DNA from: Candidatus Bathyarchaeia archaeon
GTDB taxonomy: Archaea; Thermoproteota; Bathyarchaeia; TCS64
Assembly (NCBI GenBank): GCA_050014495.1
Contig: JBEKDF010000007.1
Location: forward strand, 1 to 64,000
Length of the DNA stretch: 64,000 nucleotides
Direction: 5' to 3'
Shown here: piece after piece, positions 1 through 9,511 of the stretch
Layout: the number at the start of each line of letters is the position of its first letter
Position numbering within the stretch: position 1 is the stretch's first letter
The notes under the pieces: generated by a model
The model's input: only the letters and a program-made list of their open reading frames with translations
What the model was told of the DNA's origin: nothing
The model's database searches: none
Translations under genes and position numbers: made by a program

Positions 1-202
1 CACTTACCCCCATTCCCCCACTACCTTCCCCCACCTTGCCCCCACCTTTTTCCCCATCCCCCACCATTTACCATACACCTCGTGTATGGGGTGTAGGGGT
101 GTACCATCCACCACATCCTAGGATAAACCTCCGCAGACTCCTAATCTATGGTGGGGGAAGTGAAGGAGGAATCCACTATGGTGGGGGATTCCTGGGTGGG
201 GG
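1..202. repeat. Inverted arrays of (G)GTGGGGGA-like repeats around a central hairpin
   Basis: About five CCCCCAC/CCCCAT units at 1-68 and three GTGGGGGA units at 151-203. Hairpin CCATACAC-ctc-GTGTATGG at 71-89. Confidence 0.7.
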
Positions 203-271
203 ATGGTTCCTCGCTTTCAAGGGTCCCCATCCACTCAGGTAAGGAGTCTTCCTTGTAGTTGCGCACGCGCA

Positions 272-440
272 ACACAACACCTGTCACACACTCTAATGGT
301 ACCAATCATAAATCAGACTTAATGGGTGCAGACACGCTAAGAACCACCTCAATCGTTGAAACAATTATAGTTTTATAAGCAATAAAACCCAGAGAGTAAT
401 GGTACCATTGTCAGAGAAGAGGCACCGCCTATACAGTTCA
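272..440 (+). repeat. Diverged direct repeat, copy 1 (copy 2 at ~1527-1693)
   Basis: ACCTGTCACACACTCTAATGGTACCAATCAT is identical in both copies. The right ends (AATGGTACCATT..GAGA.GAGGCACCGC.TATAC) are similar and the middles have diverged. Confidence 0.85.
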
Positions 441-1661
441 GCGCGCGCGAGCGACAGGTTCAAGTTCCACTTCCCACACCATCAAGGACTAATATTCAGT
501 ACTTTCATCTAACATTCTCATCAGAATAATAACCAGCCTCTAGAAGTAGGTTACGACCGTCACACCGACCACCCGCGACCGAATACCACGAAAACGGTTA
601 TTGGCGTCTTGTAGGGTCTGAAGAAGGGGGAGGCCTGTTGAGGCTCGAGGTCATCATATGTGCCTAATAACAATGGTACCATTCAACAACGCCGGTAAGT
701 TTCTCACAAACCAGCCCGCTAAAGTATAATGGAACCAATTAACCAACATACAATTATGGTACCATAATGGTTCACATCCCAAATTAAAACAACCGTCAAC
801 AGCCGCCAAGCCTTTTTGCCACCATCAAATGGATTAATGGCACCATTAATGTCACGGGCTCCTCGAGCCGGAAGGCCACACTGCAACGTGCGAAAGTAGT
901 CGCACGCTGCAGAATGGGGAGTGAGTAGGTGATCTTGAGGGTGACGTTGACTACTTAGAGATACTGCGAAGAGCCGCGGTAGCGTTGCCCAATAAATTCA
1001 CTGGTGGCTCCATGGATGGTGACCATGGTGATCATGATGTTGATGACCGTGATGAGTCTGTTAATGATCATGATGTCGGTGATAACGTTATTGCAGAGGG
1101 CGTACCGTCACCACAGGCTAGTACTACGGCAGCAAACCACACTTCATCACGGACAGTCATGAGCAGACATAAGCAGACACGGACGGACAGTAACAGACAC
1201 AAACAATCAACACACATGGAAGAGACACGGGAAGAGACACAGAAAGACACGGAAGAGCCATCAGATGAGACACGGACAGACACGGACAAGCCACAGAAGA
1301 AGCAAAAAGAAAATACACTGCCACCACCACTTGTGACCACGATAGTTCCGAAGAAGAAGGTCAGCATCTCTGAGAGGATGAAGTCTGGGGAGGTTACGCT
1401 TGAGGAGAAGCCGAGTGTAATACAGAAACCTTCCCCTATGATCTCGCACAACATGGTAGTCTCAACGAGACGTAATGGTACCAATAAAAATGGAGATAAG
1501 CCATCTTGGTAAACTCTCCCTGAAGAACACAAAACCTGTCACACACTCTAATGGTACCAATCATGAACCGACACCCTGAAACAAACACACGAAGACCCAT
1601 CCTCCCCGTTGAGGCGATAAGAGTCATATGCGCGGCAAACCATGAGAAAAATGGTACCATT
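295..1661. repeat. Cluster of nine AATGGTACCATT-type palindromes
   Basis: Copies at 295, 398, 672, 728, 753 (16-bp perfect), 833 (18-bp near-perfect), 1474, 1550 and 1650. Confidence 0.9.
985..1512 (+). CDS. Hypothetical low-complexity/disordered protein
   Basis: 175-aa ORF, D/H-rich then E/T/K-rich. The DNA contains GATCATGATGT and GACACGGA microrepeats. Confidence 0.35.
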   Translation: MPNKFTGGSMDGDHGDHDVDDRDESVNDHDVGDNVIAEGVPSPQASTTAANHTSSRTVMSRHKQTRTDSNRHKQSTHMEETREETQKDTEEPSDETRTDTDKPQKKQKENTLPPPLVTTIVPKKKVSISERMKSGEVTLEEKPSVIQKPSPMISHNMVVSTRRNGTNKNGDKPSW

Positions 1662-1693
1662 ATCTGAGAGGAGGCACCGCTTATACCCGTCAG
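1527..1693 (+). repeat. Diverged direct repeat, copy 2
   Basis: Matches 272-440 at both ends. Confidence 0.85.
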
Positions 1694-1980
1694 AGATCCC
1701 GGAGGTGATCCTTGGATTAAGGCTGCGACCAATTCAGCTGCTCGAGGAAAAGAATGACTCAGGGAGGGCCAAAATTACATTCCGCTGCATGCACCGGCTC
1801 TTAAAGGAAAATCTCGGTTGACCAAATATATTAAGTTCAATTGGGTTTCTGGCATATGTTGAGGACGCTGGCGAAGAAGATCTTCCAAAGCGTATTCCTG
1901 AGTGATGAAACCTCTCCCGATTTTTCGAACGCCTTCTGGTAAGCACGCGCTTCGTATTTACTATCTTACTCTCATTACAC

Positions 1981-2130
1981 TTAGATGAGACTTACCAGTC
2001 GACCGTATCCGAGGTTGAGCTGGGTCACCCCGCTATAGGAGTTGATGTACCCATTCTCCACCCTAACCCTCGCACCGACCTTCACCACCTCGAACTGCTT
2101 ATTCCACAACACCATAACTATCCTTCCCTC
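1981..2130 (-). pseudogene. 5'-truncated OB-fold single-stranded DNA-binding protein (SSB/RPA-like)
   Basis: Manual translation: GRIVMVLWNKQFEVVKVGARVRVENGYINSYSGVTQLNLGYGRLVSLI*. There is an in-frame stop just upstream. Confidence 0.75.
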
Positions 2131-2136
2131 GAGGGA

Positions 2137-2403
2137 ATGACTTTAGAGCAACTCCGCGTAGATCTCAAGGAGATAACTGAGACCGGAAACCCAGTTAATC
2201 TAATTTTGGCCATTAGAGCACCTACTTTGATCGTGGTTGGAGGGAAAGATGACGTGACTCCACCAGACCTTTATAAGATTCTCTACGATAAGGCGCACGA
2301 ACCAAAGAAGTGGGCATTGATAGAAGGAGCAGATCATGGCTTCTCAGAGCAAAGGACACTCCTGATCAGGGCTGTAATCGACTGGCTCAAGGTAACACTA
2401 TAG
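2137..2403 (+). pseudogene. C-terminal fragment of an alpha/beta hydrolase
   Basis: PTLIVVGGKDDVTP and IEGADHGF (catalytic Asp and His) are present. The N-terminal GxSxG half is missing. Confidence 0.7.
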
Positions 2404-2443
2404 GACCGATCTCTTTTTGAAGAGCCCCACCTCCGCTCATTAG

Positions 2444-3109
2444 ATGCCGATTCACAGGGGAAATCTTAGGAGCTTTCTATATCGTCTCCCCTCCCTCTAT
2501 TTCGGCCTATTCCTATTCGCCGCTGGGACTGTCACGAATCTCTATTCGGAGCTTGGGATGAATCCATGGGGGGTTTTCCACGTCGGTATTTCGGGAATTA
2601 GCGGCTTAACTCTAGGGCAGGTCACTCAGATTGTTGGACTTGTCGTCCTATTAGTTGGCTGGGGGCTCGGATTCCCGCCTGGATTCGGAACGGTGATGAA
2701 TATGTTCTTCATTGGCTGGTTCACGGACCGAATTATTGAGTGGAACCTTGTTCCACAGCCCACGGATCCGGTTGGAAAAGTGTTACTTCTCCTACTCAGC
2801 GTTGTTCTTGTGGGCATGGGCAGTCTCTTCTACATGAGGGTGCAGCTCGGCGCTGGTCCAAGAGATGGACTAATGGTCGGACTGGTTAAGCAGCTGAACA
2901 AACCCATCTGGCTCGTGAGGAGTTGTATTGAGATTACAGTGCTGATTCTCGGTTACTTCCTCGGTGGACCCGTTGGAATAGGTACTGTTGTTACAGCATT
3001 GAGCCTTGGCTACTCGGTCCAATATTCATTTAAGTTCGGGAAGTTCGATGGGAAATCTCACCAAATGAACCTCTGGGAACTCTACGGATATCTTTATGGA
3101 AAAGACTAG
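2444..3109 (+). CDS. YczE/YyaS/YitT family membrane protein
   Basis: LGMNPWGVF, LGAGPRDGLM and GGPVGIGT motifs; multiple TM helices. Confidence 0.85.
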   Translation: MPIHRGNLRSFLYRLPSLYFGLFLFAAGTVTNLYSELGMNPWGVFHVGISGISGLTLGQVTQIVGLVVLLVGWGLGFPPGFGTVMNMFFIGWFTDRIIEWNLVPQPTDPVGKVLLLLLSVVLVGMGSLFYMRVQLGAGPRDGLMVGLVKQLNKPIWLVRSCIEITVLILGYFLGGPVGIGTVVTALSLGYSVQYSFKFGKFDGKSHQMNLWELYGYLYGKD

Positions 3110-3172
3110 AAACATCGATTAGCTCCCGCTCAGGACCGTAGAGATAAATCAGCGACATGGATCTTCTCATCT

Positions 3173-3982
3173 ATGCCCCGAGTCACCCTCGTGTCTACTC
3201 ATAATGACTCCGCTGGATGGAGCATTCAGAGTCTCAGGGAAAATGCTTCCTTATTTAATGAGCTTTATAAAAGGTGTTTCGTCGTCGTGACGAAGGGGAC
3301 AAGCTCCTCTGTTATTGAAGCACTTGAGTCATCTGGTTGGATCCTGGTTCCTCCTCGAAGCACTGTAGGCGTAGAGTACATCGCCGACTCTAGACTCAGG
3401 GTCATTAGAGCCGGTGTCGAAGCAGGTGCTGACTTTGTTCATCTAGTTGACATGGATCGGGTCCTGCATTGGGCGTCACACTATCCTAAGGAACTCAGGA
3501 GTATTGTAGATAAAATCCCTGATTGGGATTTCACAATAATTGGAAGGACCCCCAGGGCTCTTCTTACCCACCCACGGAACCAGATTGAGACAGAAGCAAT
3601 TGCCAACAAGGTTTTCTCACTCATATATGGTAGGGACGTTGACATCACAGCTGCGTCACGTGGATTATCCAAGGCGGCGGTAGATGTTCTCGCAAGGAGC
3701 TCGCGGGGCAGGTTTTTTGACAATGACTCGGAGTGGCCGACCATAATATTCTGCAAGGGAGGGTTGACTATGGGTTACGTCGAAGCGGAGGGTCTAGAGT
3801 GGGAAACTCGCCTGAAGCGGGAGCAGATGATTCTTTCTGACGGCAAGATTGTGGATGTAAAGGAATACTATGAGAGAAACCCTGAGTCGTGGGTTTACAG
3901 GGTGATGCTCGCTCACAGAATAGCTAGGGCTACTCTTGAAACATATAGACAGATGGGGGGCAGTCACCGGACGGACTCATAG
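3173..3982 (+). CDS. Hypothetical protein (possible GT-A-like fold)
   Basis: 269-aa ORF with a DxD-like HLVDMDR. Confidence 0.6.
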   Translation: MPRVTLVSTHNDSAGWSIQSLRENASLFNELYKRCFVVVTKGTSSSVIEALESSGWILVPPRSTVGVEYIADSRLRVIRAGVEAGADFVHLVDMDRVLHWASHYPKELRSIVDKIPDWDFTIIGRTPRALLTHPRNQIETEAIANKVFSLIYGRDVDITAASRGLSKAAVDVLARSSRGRFFDNDSEWPTIIFCKGGLTMGYVEAEGLEWETRLKREQMILSDGKIVDVKEYYERNPESWVYRVMLAHRIARATLETYRQMGGSHRTDS

Positions 3983-5418
3983 ATACGTCCGGTCTCGGCT
4001 TCCCCATTTTTGACCCTTTCCCACATCTGCTTCGCTAGGAAGTCTGCCATCGGTGTTGGGTATTCATTTGTTATGCACCCTAGGCAGAGCTGATTCCTGG
4101 ACAGGCCGGTGCACCTCACGTAGTTCTCGATGTCGAGGTAGTTGATGCTGTCTGCGCCCACATCCTCAGCGATCTGCTCAGGGCTCATCCTTGCACCGAT
4201 TAGCTGACTGTAGGTCGCCATGTCTATGCCATAGAAGCATGGACCGATGATACGGGGATAGGTGATGAAGAGGTGTATCTCCTTCGCTCCTGCTTGCTTT
4301 AACCTCTTTACCGTACCCTTTGTAGTGTCGCCTCTTACTATACTGTCGTCAACGACTGCAAGGTTCTTATCCTTGATTAGGGGTTCGAGGATGTTCACCT
4401 TTCTGTAAATGACGCTTTTTCTGTCCTCAGCGTCAGTGATGAAGGCGCGTTGGGTGACGTAGCGGTGTCGTCTCGTAGCGCGTTCCCAAGGAATGCCGGC
4501 TGCTTCGTGGAAACCATAGGCAGCGTCATCCGCTGTCTCGGGAAGACTCACTACTATGTCGCATCTCTTTGCTTTCTCTGCGTAGACATGAGCAAGGGTT
4601 CGGCCAAAGTCGACGCGAGCCTGGTAGACGAATTTACCGTTCATTCTGCTGTCGGGGCGCATGAAATAAGCTGACTCGAAGGCGCAGAAGGCTCGTTTAC
4701 TGCTCTGTACGAGCTGTCGTTTAATGATCTCTCCCTCCTCGACGGACATGAACTCTCCCGGTCGGAACTCGTGGTCCCACTTTAGGCCGTTTATGTCGAG
4801 GCCGACACTCTCGGAGCTGAAGCAATGGATGCCGTCAGCCTTTCCATAGCAGAGTGGCTTCACTCCGATTGGATCCTTGAAGGCGAAGAGGGTCCCGTCG
4901 TCTACCATTCCCGTAACCGCGAAGCTTCCGTCTATCCCCTCCATGCAGGAGCGCGCCGCCTCTTCTATGCTCCCTGTCTCGTCTAGCTTCTTGACTAGTA
5001 GCAGAGCTAGGGCGTGGGTGTCCGAGTAGCTCCGGTCGACGCCGACGCGTTCTTGGAGTGAACGGACGTTGACAATGTTGCCATTGAAGCTTATTGCGAC
5101 ACTATGCTTCGTTCCCTTGACCGCGATGGGCATAGCATCCCTCTGTCTTGCGCCGAGGTCTAGGGCACCCGATGTGGCATATCTGACGTTTGCTATGCCT
5201 ACTGATCCTTTGAGATTTTTCACGTTGAAGCCATAACCCTGGTTTGGAGGGATGAGACCAAGCTGAGTATAGAGCTCAATGTTCCCATTCCAGGTGGCGA
5301 AGCCGTGGCTTTGATGTCCCCTATGATTCTGGGCAAGCATCCCCCAGTAGAGGATCGGAAAAACATCCCCGTTCTCTGATTGGGCGCCGAAGACGCCGCA
5401 CTTCTCAGATATGCTCAC
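3964..5418 (-). CDS. purF: Amidophosphoribosyltransferase
   Basis: N-terminal EKCGVFG, QNHRG, VRYATSG, PRPP motif VVDDSIVRGDT, and Fe-S cysteines (PCFYGID, LCLGC). Confidence 0.97.
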   Translation of the reverse strand: MSISEKCGVFGAQSENGDVFPILYWGMLAQNHRGHQSHGFATWNGNIELYTQLGLIPPNQGYGFNVKNLKGSVGIANVRYATSGALDLGARQRDAMPIAVKGTKHSVAISFNGNIVNVRSLQERVGVDRSYSDTHALALLLVKKLDETGSIEEAARSCMEGIDGSFAVTGMVDDGTLFAFKDPIGVKPLCYGKADGIHCFSSESVGLDINGLKWDHEFRPGEFMSVEEGEIIKRQLVQSSKRAFCAFESAYFMRPDSRMNGKFVYQARVDFGRTLAHVYAEKAKRCDIVVSLPETADDAAYGFHEAAGIPWERATRRHRYVTQRAFITDAEDRKSVIYRKVNILEPLIKDKNLAVVDDSIVRGDTTKGTVKRLKQAGAKEIHLFITYPRIIGPCFYGIDMATYSQLIGARMSPEQIAEDVGADSINYLDIENYVRCTGLSRNQLCLGCITNEYPTPMADFLAKQMWERVKNGEAETGRIYESVR

Positions 5419-6455
5419 TTTAGCTCCCTCATTACCTGAGCGATGTTCTTAAGGTTGTAGTCGCTGAGATTCTTCTCGCTGCTGAGAACCTCGTAGCTCG
5501 CGACACACCTCATTGAGACCTGTTTTACGACTGGAGCAGGGATTTCAGGTGCGGGACCGTCACCCATGTAGCCTACCTCACGTAGGTAGGCACGTAAGAA
5601 CTCCTTGTCCAAGCAATGAGCCTCCTGTGGCTTGCCAGGTTCGTAGAACTTCTCGGCCCAGAATCTTGCAGAGTCGTGGCTTGGGGGCTCATCAATCTGA
5701 ATGAGGCCACCGTCGAGTCGACCGAACTCTAGCTTGAAATCGGGAATAATGAAGCCGCGGCTTTTAGCGTGACTCTGATAGGCAGCGAAGAGCTTGAGGG
5801 TGGACTCTTCAAGTTCCATCCACTCATCCTTTGTGACGAGATTTTGCGCGATTGCATCTTTCCCACTTATCTCTAAGTCGTGGCCAGCTTCTGCTTTAGT
5901 AGTTGGTGTGAGTATGACTTCGGGGAGTTTATCCGCCATGTTGAGACCGTTAGGAAGCTTAACTCCGCTCACGGTTCTGGCCCCATCACGGTAGGAACGC
6001 CAAGCTGAACCATATAGGTAAGCGCGGCAGACGAACTCGATGTCTATTCTCTCCGCCTTCTTGACGCGCATCGTTCGCCCATCCTCGATCTTTATGAAGT
6101 GGTTTGGGATGATGTTCCGTGTCTTTTTGAACCAGAACTCGGAGAGACGGTTGATGCTCTCCCCCTTATGTGGAATGAGCGTGGGGAATACGACGTCGTA
6201 GGCGCTTATCCTGTCAGTTGTGACTATCAACATTTCCTTTCCAAGGTCATATACGTCCCTCACCTTTCCTCGGCGGGGTTCCACTCCTTTTACAGCGTCA
6301 CTGTATCTGACTACCTCAACCTTTCCTTCAGCGAGGGGATCATTGACTATGTGGGATTCCTTCAATTCATCCACTGCTCCGATCGGTTCTACAGCGTTGA
6401 TGGTTTTACCCGGGTTCCTGGGTATATCAACTTTCTTTTTACACGAACATGTCAA
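5415..6455 (-). CDS. purC: SAICAR synthase
   Basis: RGKVRDVY, TDRISAYD, TPTTKA, DFKLEFG, LDKEFLR. Confidence 0.96.
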   Translation of the reverse strand: MTCSCKKKVDIPRNPGKTINAVEPIGAVDELKESHIVNDPLAEGKVEVVRYSDAVKGVEPRRGKVRDVYDLGKEMLIVTTDRISAYDVVFPTLIPHKGESINRLSEFWFKKTRNIIPNHFIKIEDGRTMRVKKAERIDIEFVCRAYLYGSAWRSYRDGARTVSGVKLPNGLNMADKLPEVILTPTTKAEAGHDLEISGKDAIAQNLVTKDEWMELEESTLKLFAAYQSHAKSRGFIIPDFKLEFGRLDGGLIQIDEPPSHDSARFWAEKFYEPGKPQEAHCLDKEFLRAYLREVGYMGDGPAPEIPAPVVKQVSMRCVASYEVLSSEKNLSDYNLKNIAQVMRELK

Positions 6456-6536
6456 TTAACACGTTTAGTGCAATAGAATGGGTGAAGTCGATACTACGAA
6501 TAGACTTATACCAGCTCCACCGTATCTCTCTGCGAT

Positions 6537-7130
6537 TTGGTATCAAGCAGGCTTAAGAAGAAGTTCGAGGACATCGTTTTAGCCGGTGTTAAACCCCTAG
6601 CTAATGCGGGAGTCACACCGAACACAGTAACGATTTTAGGACTCATCATCTCCCTCGCCTCGGCCTGGAGCTACTACAGTTGGGCATTGTCACCATTGTT
6701 ATTACCAGCAGCTGCCCTGCTGATACTTCTCTCAGGGCTCTTTGATGCCTTAGATGGAATAATTGCGCGTACGAAGGACAAAGTCACCGCCTTTGGTGGA
6801 TTTCTCGACTCGGTTTCCGATAGATATGCTGACGCTGTGGTTCTAGCGGGAATAACACTGGGAGGTTTGTGCAATCCAATAGCGGGTCTAGCCGCCCTCA
6901 TAGGATCACTGATGGTTAGCTACACGCGTTCCAGGGCGGAGGCTGCAGGTGTCAGTATGGCGGGAGTTGGCCTCGCAGAGAGAGCTGAGAGGATGCTGAT
7001 CCTTGCTGCTGTTACTCTTATAGCAGTCTTCTGGATCGATGCGCTCAACTACGGGGTAATCCTACTTGCTGTGTTATCACACGCGACAGTAATACAGAGA
7101 GCCATGTATTTTAAGAAAAATGCGAAATAA
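6537..7130 (+). CDS. CDP-alcohol phosphatidyltransferase (archaetidylinositol phosphate synthase-like)
   Basis: TPNTVT, DALDGIIAR...GGFLDSVSDRYAD, SYTRSRAE, AERAER. The position next to rps26e is typical of TACK archaea. Confidence 0.92.
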   Translation: MVSSRLKKKFEDIVLAGVKPLANAGVTPNTVTILGLIISLASAWSYYSWALSPLLLPAAALLILLSGLFDALDGIIARTKDKVTAFGGFLDSVSDRYADAVVLAGITLGGLCNPIAGLAALIGSLMVSYTRSRAEAAGVSMAGVGLAERAERMLILAAVTLIAVFWIDALNYGVILLAVLSHATVIQRAMYFKKNAK

Positions 7131-7168
7131 TCCCTTAGAGGGATAATTGTAATAAAATTATTGATTGG

Positions 7169-7480
7169 CTACGCACTTGGTCCTGGCCTCGGTCTGCGAC
7201 GTCTAGGCACAAACTTGCGCTCTTCCTTCCCGCGCACCTTGACAACACCGCGATGGACGGCACAACTGATGCAATAGTACTTCGTGACCTTCGTACGCTG
7301 TATACTGGAGCCCTGATTCTGGAGCTCCTTCAGGAGCCGGGAGTCAACGAGGCTCGTGTACCTCGTCTGCCTCTTGGCCTTATCGCGGGGCACCTGAGCC
7401 CCACAGATGCTGCACTGCACCAACCCGGAGCTCCCTTTGTTACCCCCACTGTGGCCTCCGCTGCTCCTCTTCTTCGTCAA
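7169..7480 (-). CDS. rps26e: 30S ribosomal protein S26e
   Basis: MTKKRSSGG, VQCSICGAQVPRDKA, YCISCAVHRGVVKVR. Confidence 0.96.
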   Translation of the reverse strand: MTKKRSSGGHSGGNKGSSGLVQCSICGAQVPRDKAKRQTRYTSLVDSRLLKELQNQGSSIQRTKVTKYYCISCAVHRGVVKVRGKEERKFVPRRRRPRPGPSA

Positions 7481-7544
7481 AGATGAAACCTCAGCAGATT
7501 AGTGAGGCACCTTGTTATAAATACTACGGGTCTAGACTTGTTCA

Positions 7545-8153
7545 TTATAAAAGTGGTTTTATTGCATAGTATACAATCCTCGCCACAAGGTTGTATCCTT
7601 GGACGGTCAGGTGCGCACTATCATCGGAGTAGTTGGGTAATAGGTTTCCGTTCTCATTGGCGAAAGATGGGAACAAGTCAGCAAGTCTAGTCTTGTCTTC
7701 TGTGCATTTTATGCGTATTTGCTCGTTGAGCTCCATCATCGCACTACTAGTACGCATCATGGGCGTCAAAGTGCAAGCAACAGGCTCTGCGCCTGAAGCT
7801 CGACTTGCATGGTACAGTTTTAGTAGGGTCCCAATGATAGATTCTGGTTTCCGCCCGACCCCCAGATCGTTTACGCCTCCCCAGATTATGACAACGTCTG
7901 GCCTTTCGGATACGACATCTTGTTCTATTCGCTTCAGCATGCCTTCGGTTAAGTCCCCATTTATGCCTTTGTTAATGACGAAGGCTAGCCTGCCATTACC
8001 CGACTTAGCCAGTGTTGCCCTTAGCATGGATTCAAGTTGAGCGGGATAGGGTACCCTTGGGTCAATGGCGTATGGATCTCTGGAACGGTATCCGGCTGTG
8101 AGGCTATCACCTAGGGCGACTACGACGAAGTGACTCTCCACCGATGCCACCAC
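7545..8153 (-). CDS. SGNH/GDSL hydrolase
   Basis: GDSLT, NKGING, GGVND, DSAH blocks. Confidence 0.92.
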   Translation of the reverse strand: MVASVESHFVVVALGDSLTAGYRSRDPYAIDPRVPYPAQLESMLRATLAKSGNGRLAFVINKGINGDLTEGMLKRIEQDVVSERPDVVIIWGGVNDLGVGRKPESIIGTLLKLYHASRASGAEPVACTLTPMMRTSSAMMELNEQIRIKCTEDKTRLADLFPSFANENGNLLPNYSDDSAHLTVQGYNLVARIVYYAIKPLL

Positions 8154-8260
8154 GACTATTAACGTTGGCTTATGTTAATGAGATGGTCTACTAGACATCA
8201 AGCTGGGCATCTGAAAATGATTAATGGTTTAAGCTCTGGCAAGACTTTCTTAAGAATAGG

Positions 8261-9052
8261 ATGAAGAGGCAATACATCGTCTCTATTTTTGCATTTTTAG
8301 CGATTCTTGTAATTATAGCAACATATATTTTGCTCACCAATCCAGCTGGTTCAAACGTCCCTGTTTATGGTTACAGAATAATCAATACTTACCCCCATGC
8401 AATCAACGCCTTCACTGAAGGTCTAGTCTATGACAGTGGATTCCTCTATGAGAGTACTGGGCTCAATGGACAATCGAGCCTGAGACGTGTTGAGCTTCGC
8501 ACCGGCGCTGTGCTTCAAAGTGTTTCTATGCCACAGGAGTACTTCGGGGAGGGCATAACTATCGTTGGTAATAGGATATATCAGCTAACATATCAGAATG
8601 AAATCGGTTTCATCTACAATCGGACGAGCTTCGCCCTCATCGGGAACTTCACTTATCAGTCAACAGAGGGGTGGGGTCTCACATATGATGGGAGTAGGCT
8701 GATAATGAGTGATGGTTCCTCGACCCTCTACTTCTTAGATCCTAATACTCTCAGATACGTCGGGCAGGTAACAGTAACGGATGCCTCACCAATCTCCAAC
8801 CTAAACGAGCTTGAGTATATCAAAGGAAAAGTTTACGCAAATATTTTTGGGACGAATAAGATAGCCATAATCGACCTATCGACAGGTCACGTCGACTCAT
8901 GGATCGACCTTTCTGGATTACCAGGGCCAACCCATCCAGACATCAACAGTGTTCTGAATGGTATTGCCTATGATTCAACTGGGGATCGTCTTTTCGTCAC
9001 TGGTAAGATGTGGCCAAACCTCTATGAGATACAACTCGTCCCAACAGGGTAG
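8261..9052 (+). CDS. Glutaminyl-peptide cyclotransferase (plant/bacterial type)
   Basis: Signal anchor; FTEGL, ESTGL, FGEG, EGWGL, LNELE, VLNGIA, VTGKMWP. Confidence 0.93.
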   Translation: MKRQYIVSIFAFLAILVIIATYILLTNPAGSNVPVYGYRIINTYPHAINAFTEGLVYDSGFLYESTGLNGQSSLRRVELRTGAVLQSVSMPQEYFGEGITIVGNRIYQLTYQNEIGFIYNRTSFALIGNFTYQSTEGWGLTYDGSRLIMSDGSSTLYFLDPNTLRYVGQVTVTDASPISNLNELEYIKGKVYANIFGTNKIAIIDLSTGHVDSWIDLSGLPGPTHPDINSVLNGIAYDSTGDRLFVTGKMWPNLYEIQLVPTG

Positions 9053-9061
9053 CAGGTAGAC

Positions 9062-9511
9062 TCAGTTTAAGCTTCCAATGAGCCAGTGTAACTCCTTAAC
9101 ATAGTTAGGGTCAAGTTGATGTTCTTCTGCTCCTTCGACCATGAGCTCAACATAGCTTCTCGCTGGCGTGTAGGGTCCTGTCGGTTTGGCGCAGCGATAG
9201 AGGTCAGCGCTGTGCCACTTCTTATCCTCGGCGAGGACGAGATATGTTTCCCTTACATAGAGACCTTGGGGCACGCTCTCGACTATGTCGAGTTCTTCCA
9301 TCTCAGGTTGGTTTACCTCGTACAATACTCCATGCACCAATTCTCCAGGGGCGGGAATGATGCTGCTTATCCCTCCCTGTCTCTTTTGGCTGTAGAAGGG
9401 AAAGGTTATCCTGAAATTGGGTAGTTCTGCCTTCATCTGAAAGTTTGCTGTTGGGCAGTACTGGCGAAGAAACTTAGAGGATAAGTTGGATCCGTAGGCG
9501 AAATGGAGCAT
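9062..9511 (-). CDS. Gamma-glutamylcyclotransferase family protein
   Basis: FAYGSNL, VHGVLYE, LDIVE. Confidence 0.88.
   Translation of the reverse strand: MLHFAYGSNLSSKFLRQYCPTANFQMKAELPNFRITFPFYSQKRQGGISSIIPAPGELVHGVLYEVNQPEMEELDIVESVPQGLYVRETYLVLAEDKKWHSADLYRCAKPTGPYTPARSYVELMVEGAEEHQLDPNYVKELHWLIGSLN

Noticed and set aside
36..242. 68-aa Pro/Gly-rich ORF
   Set aside because: Its composition is explained by the C-rich and G-rich DNA repeats; no recognisable domain.
1068..1532. 154-aa hydrophobic minus-strand ORF
   Set aside because: It is the antisense shadow of the purine-rich repeat ORF.
295..1661. CRISPR array built from the AATGGTACCATT repeats
   Set aside because: The repeats are only 12-18 bp, spacing is irregular (25 to >600 bp) and no cas operon is present.
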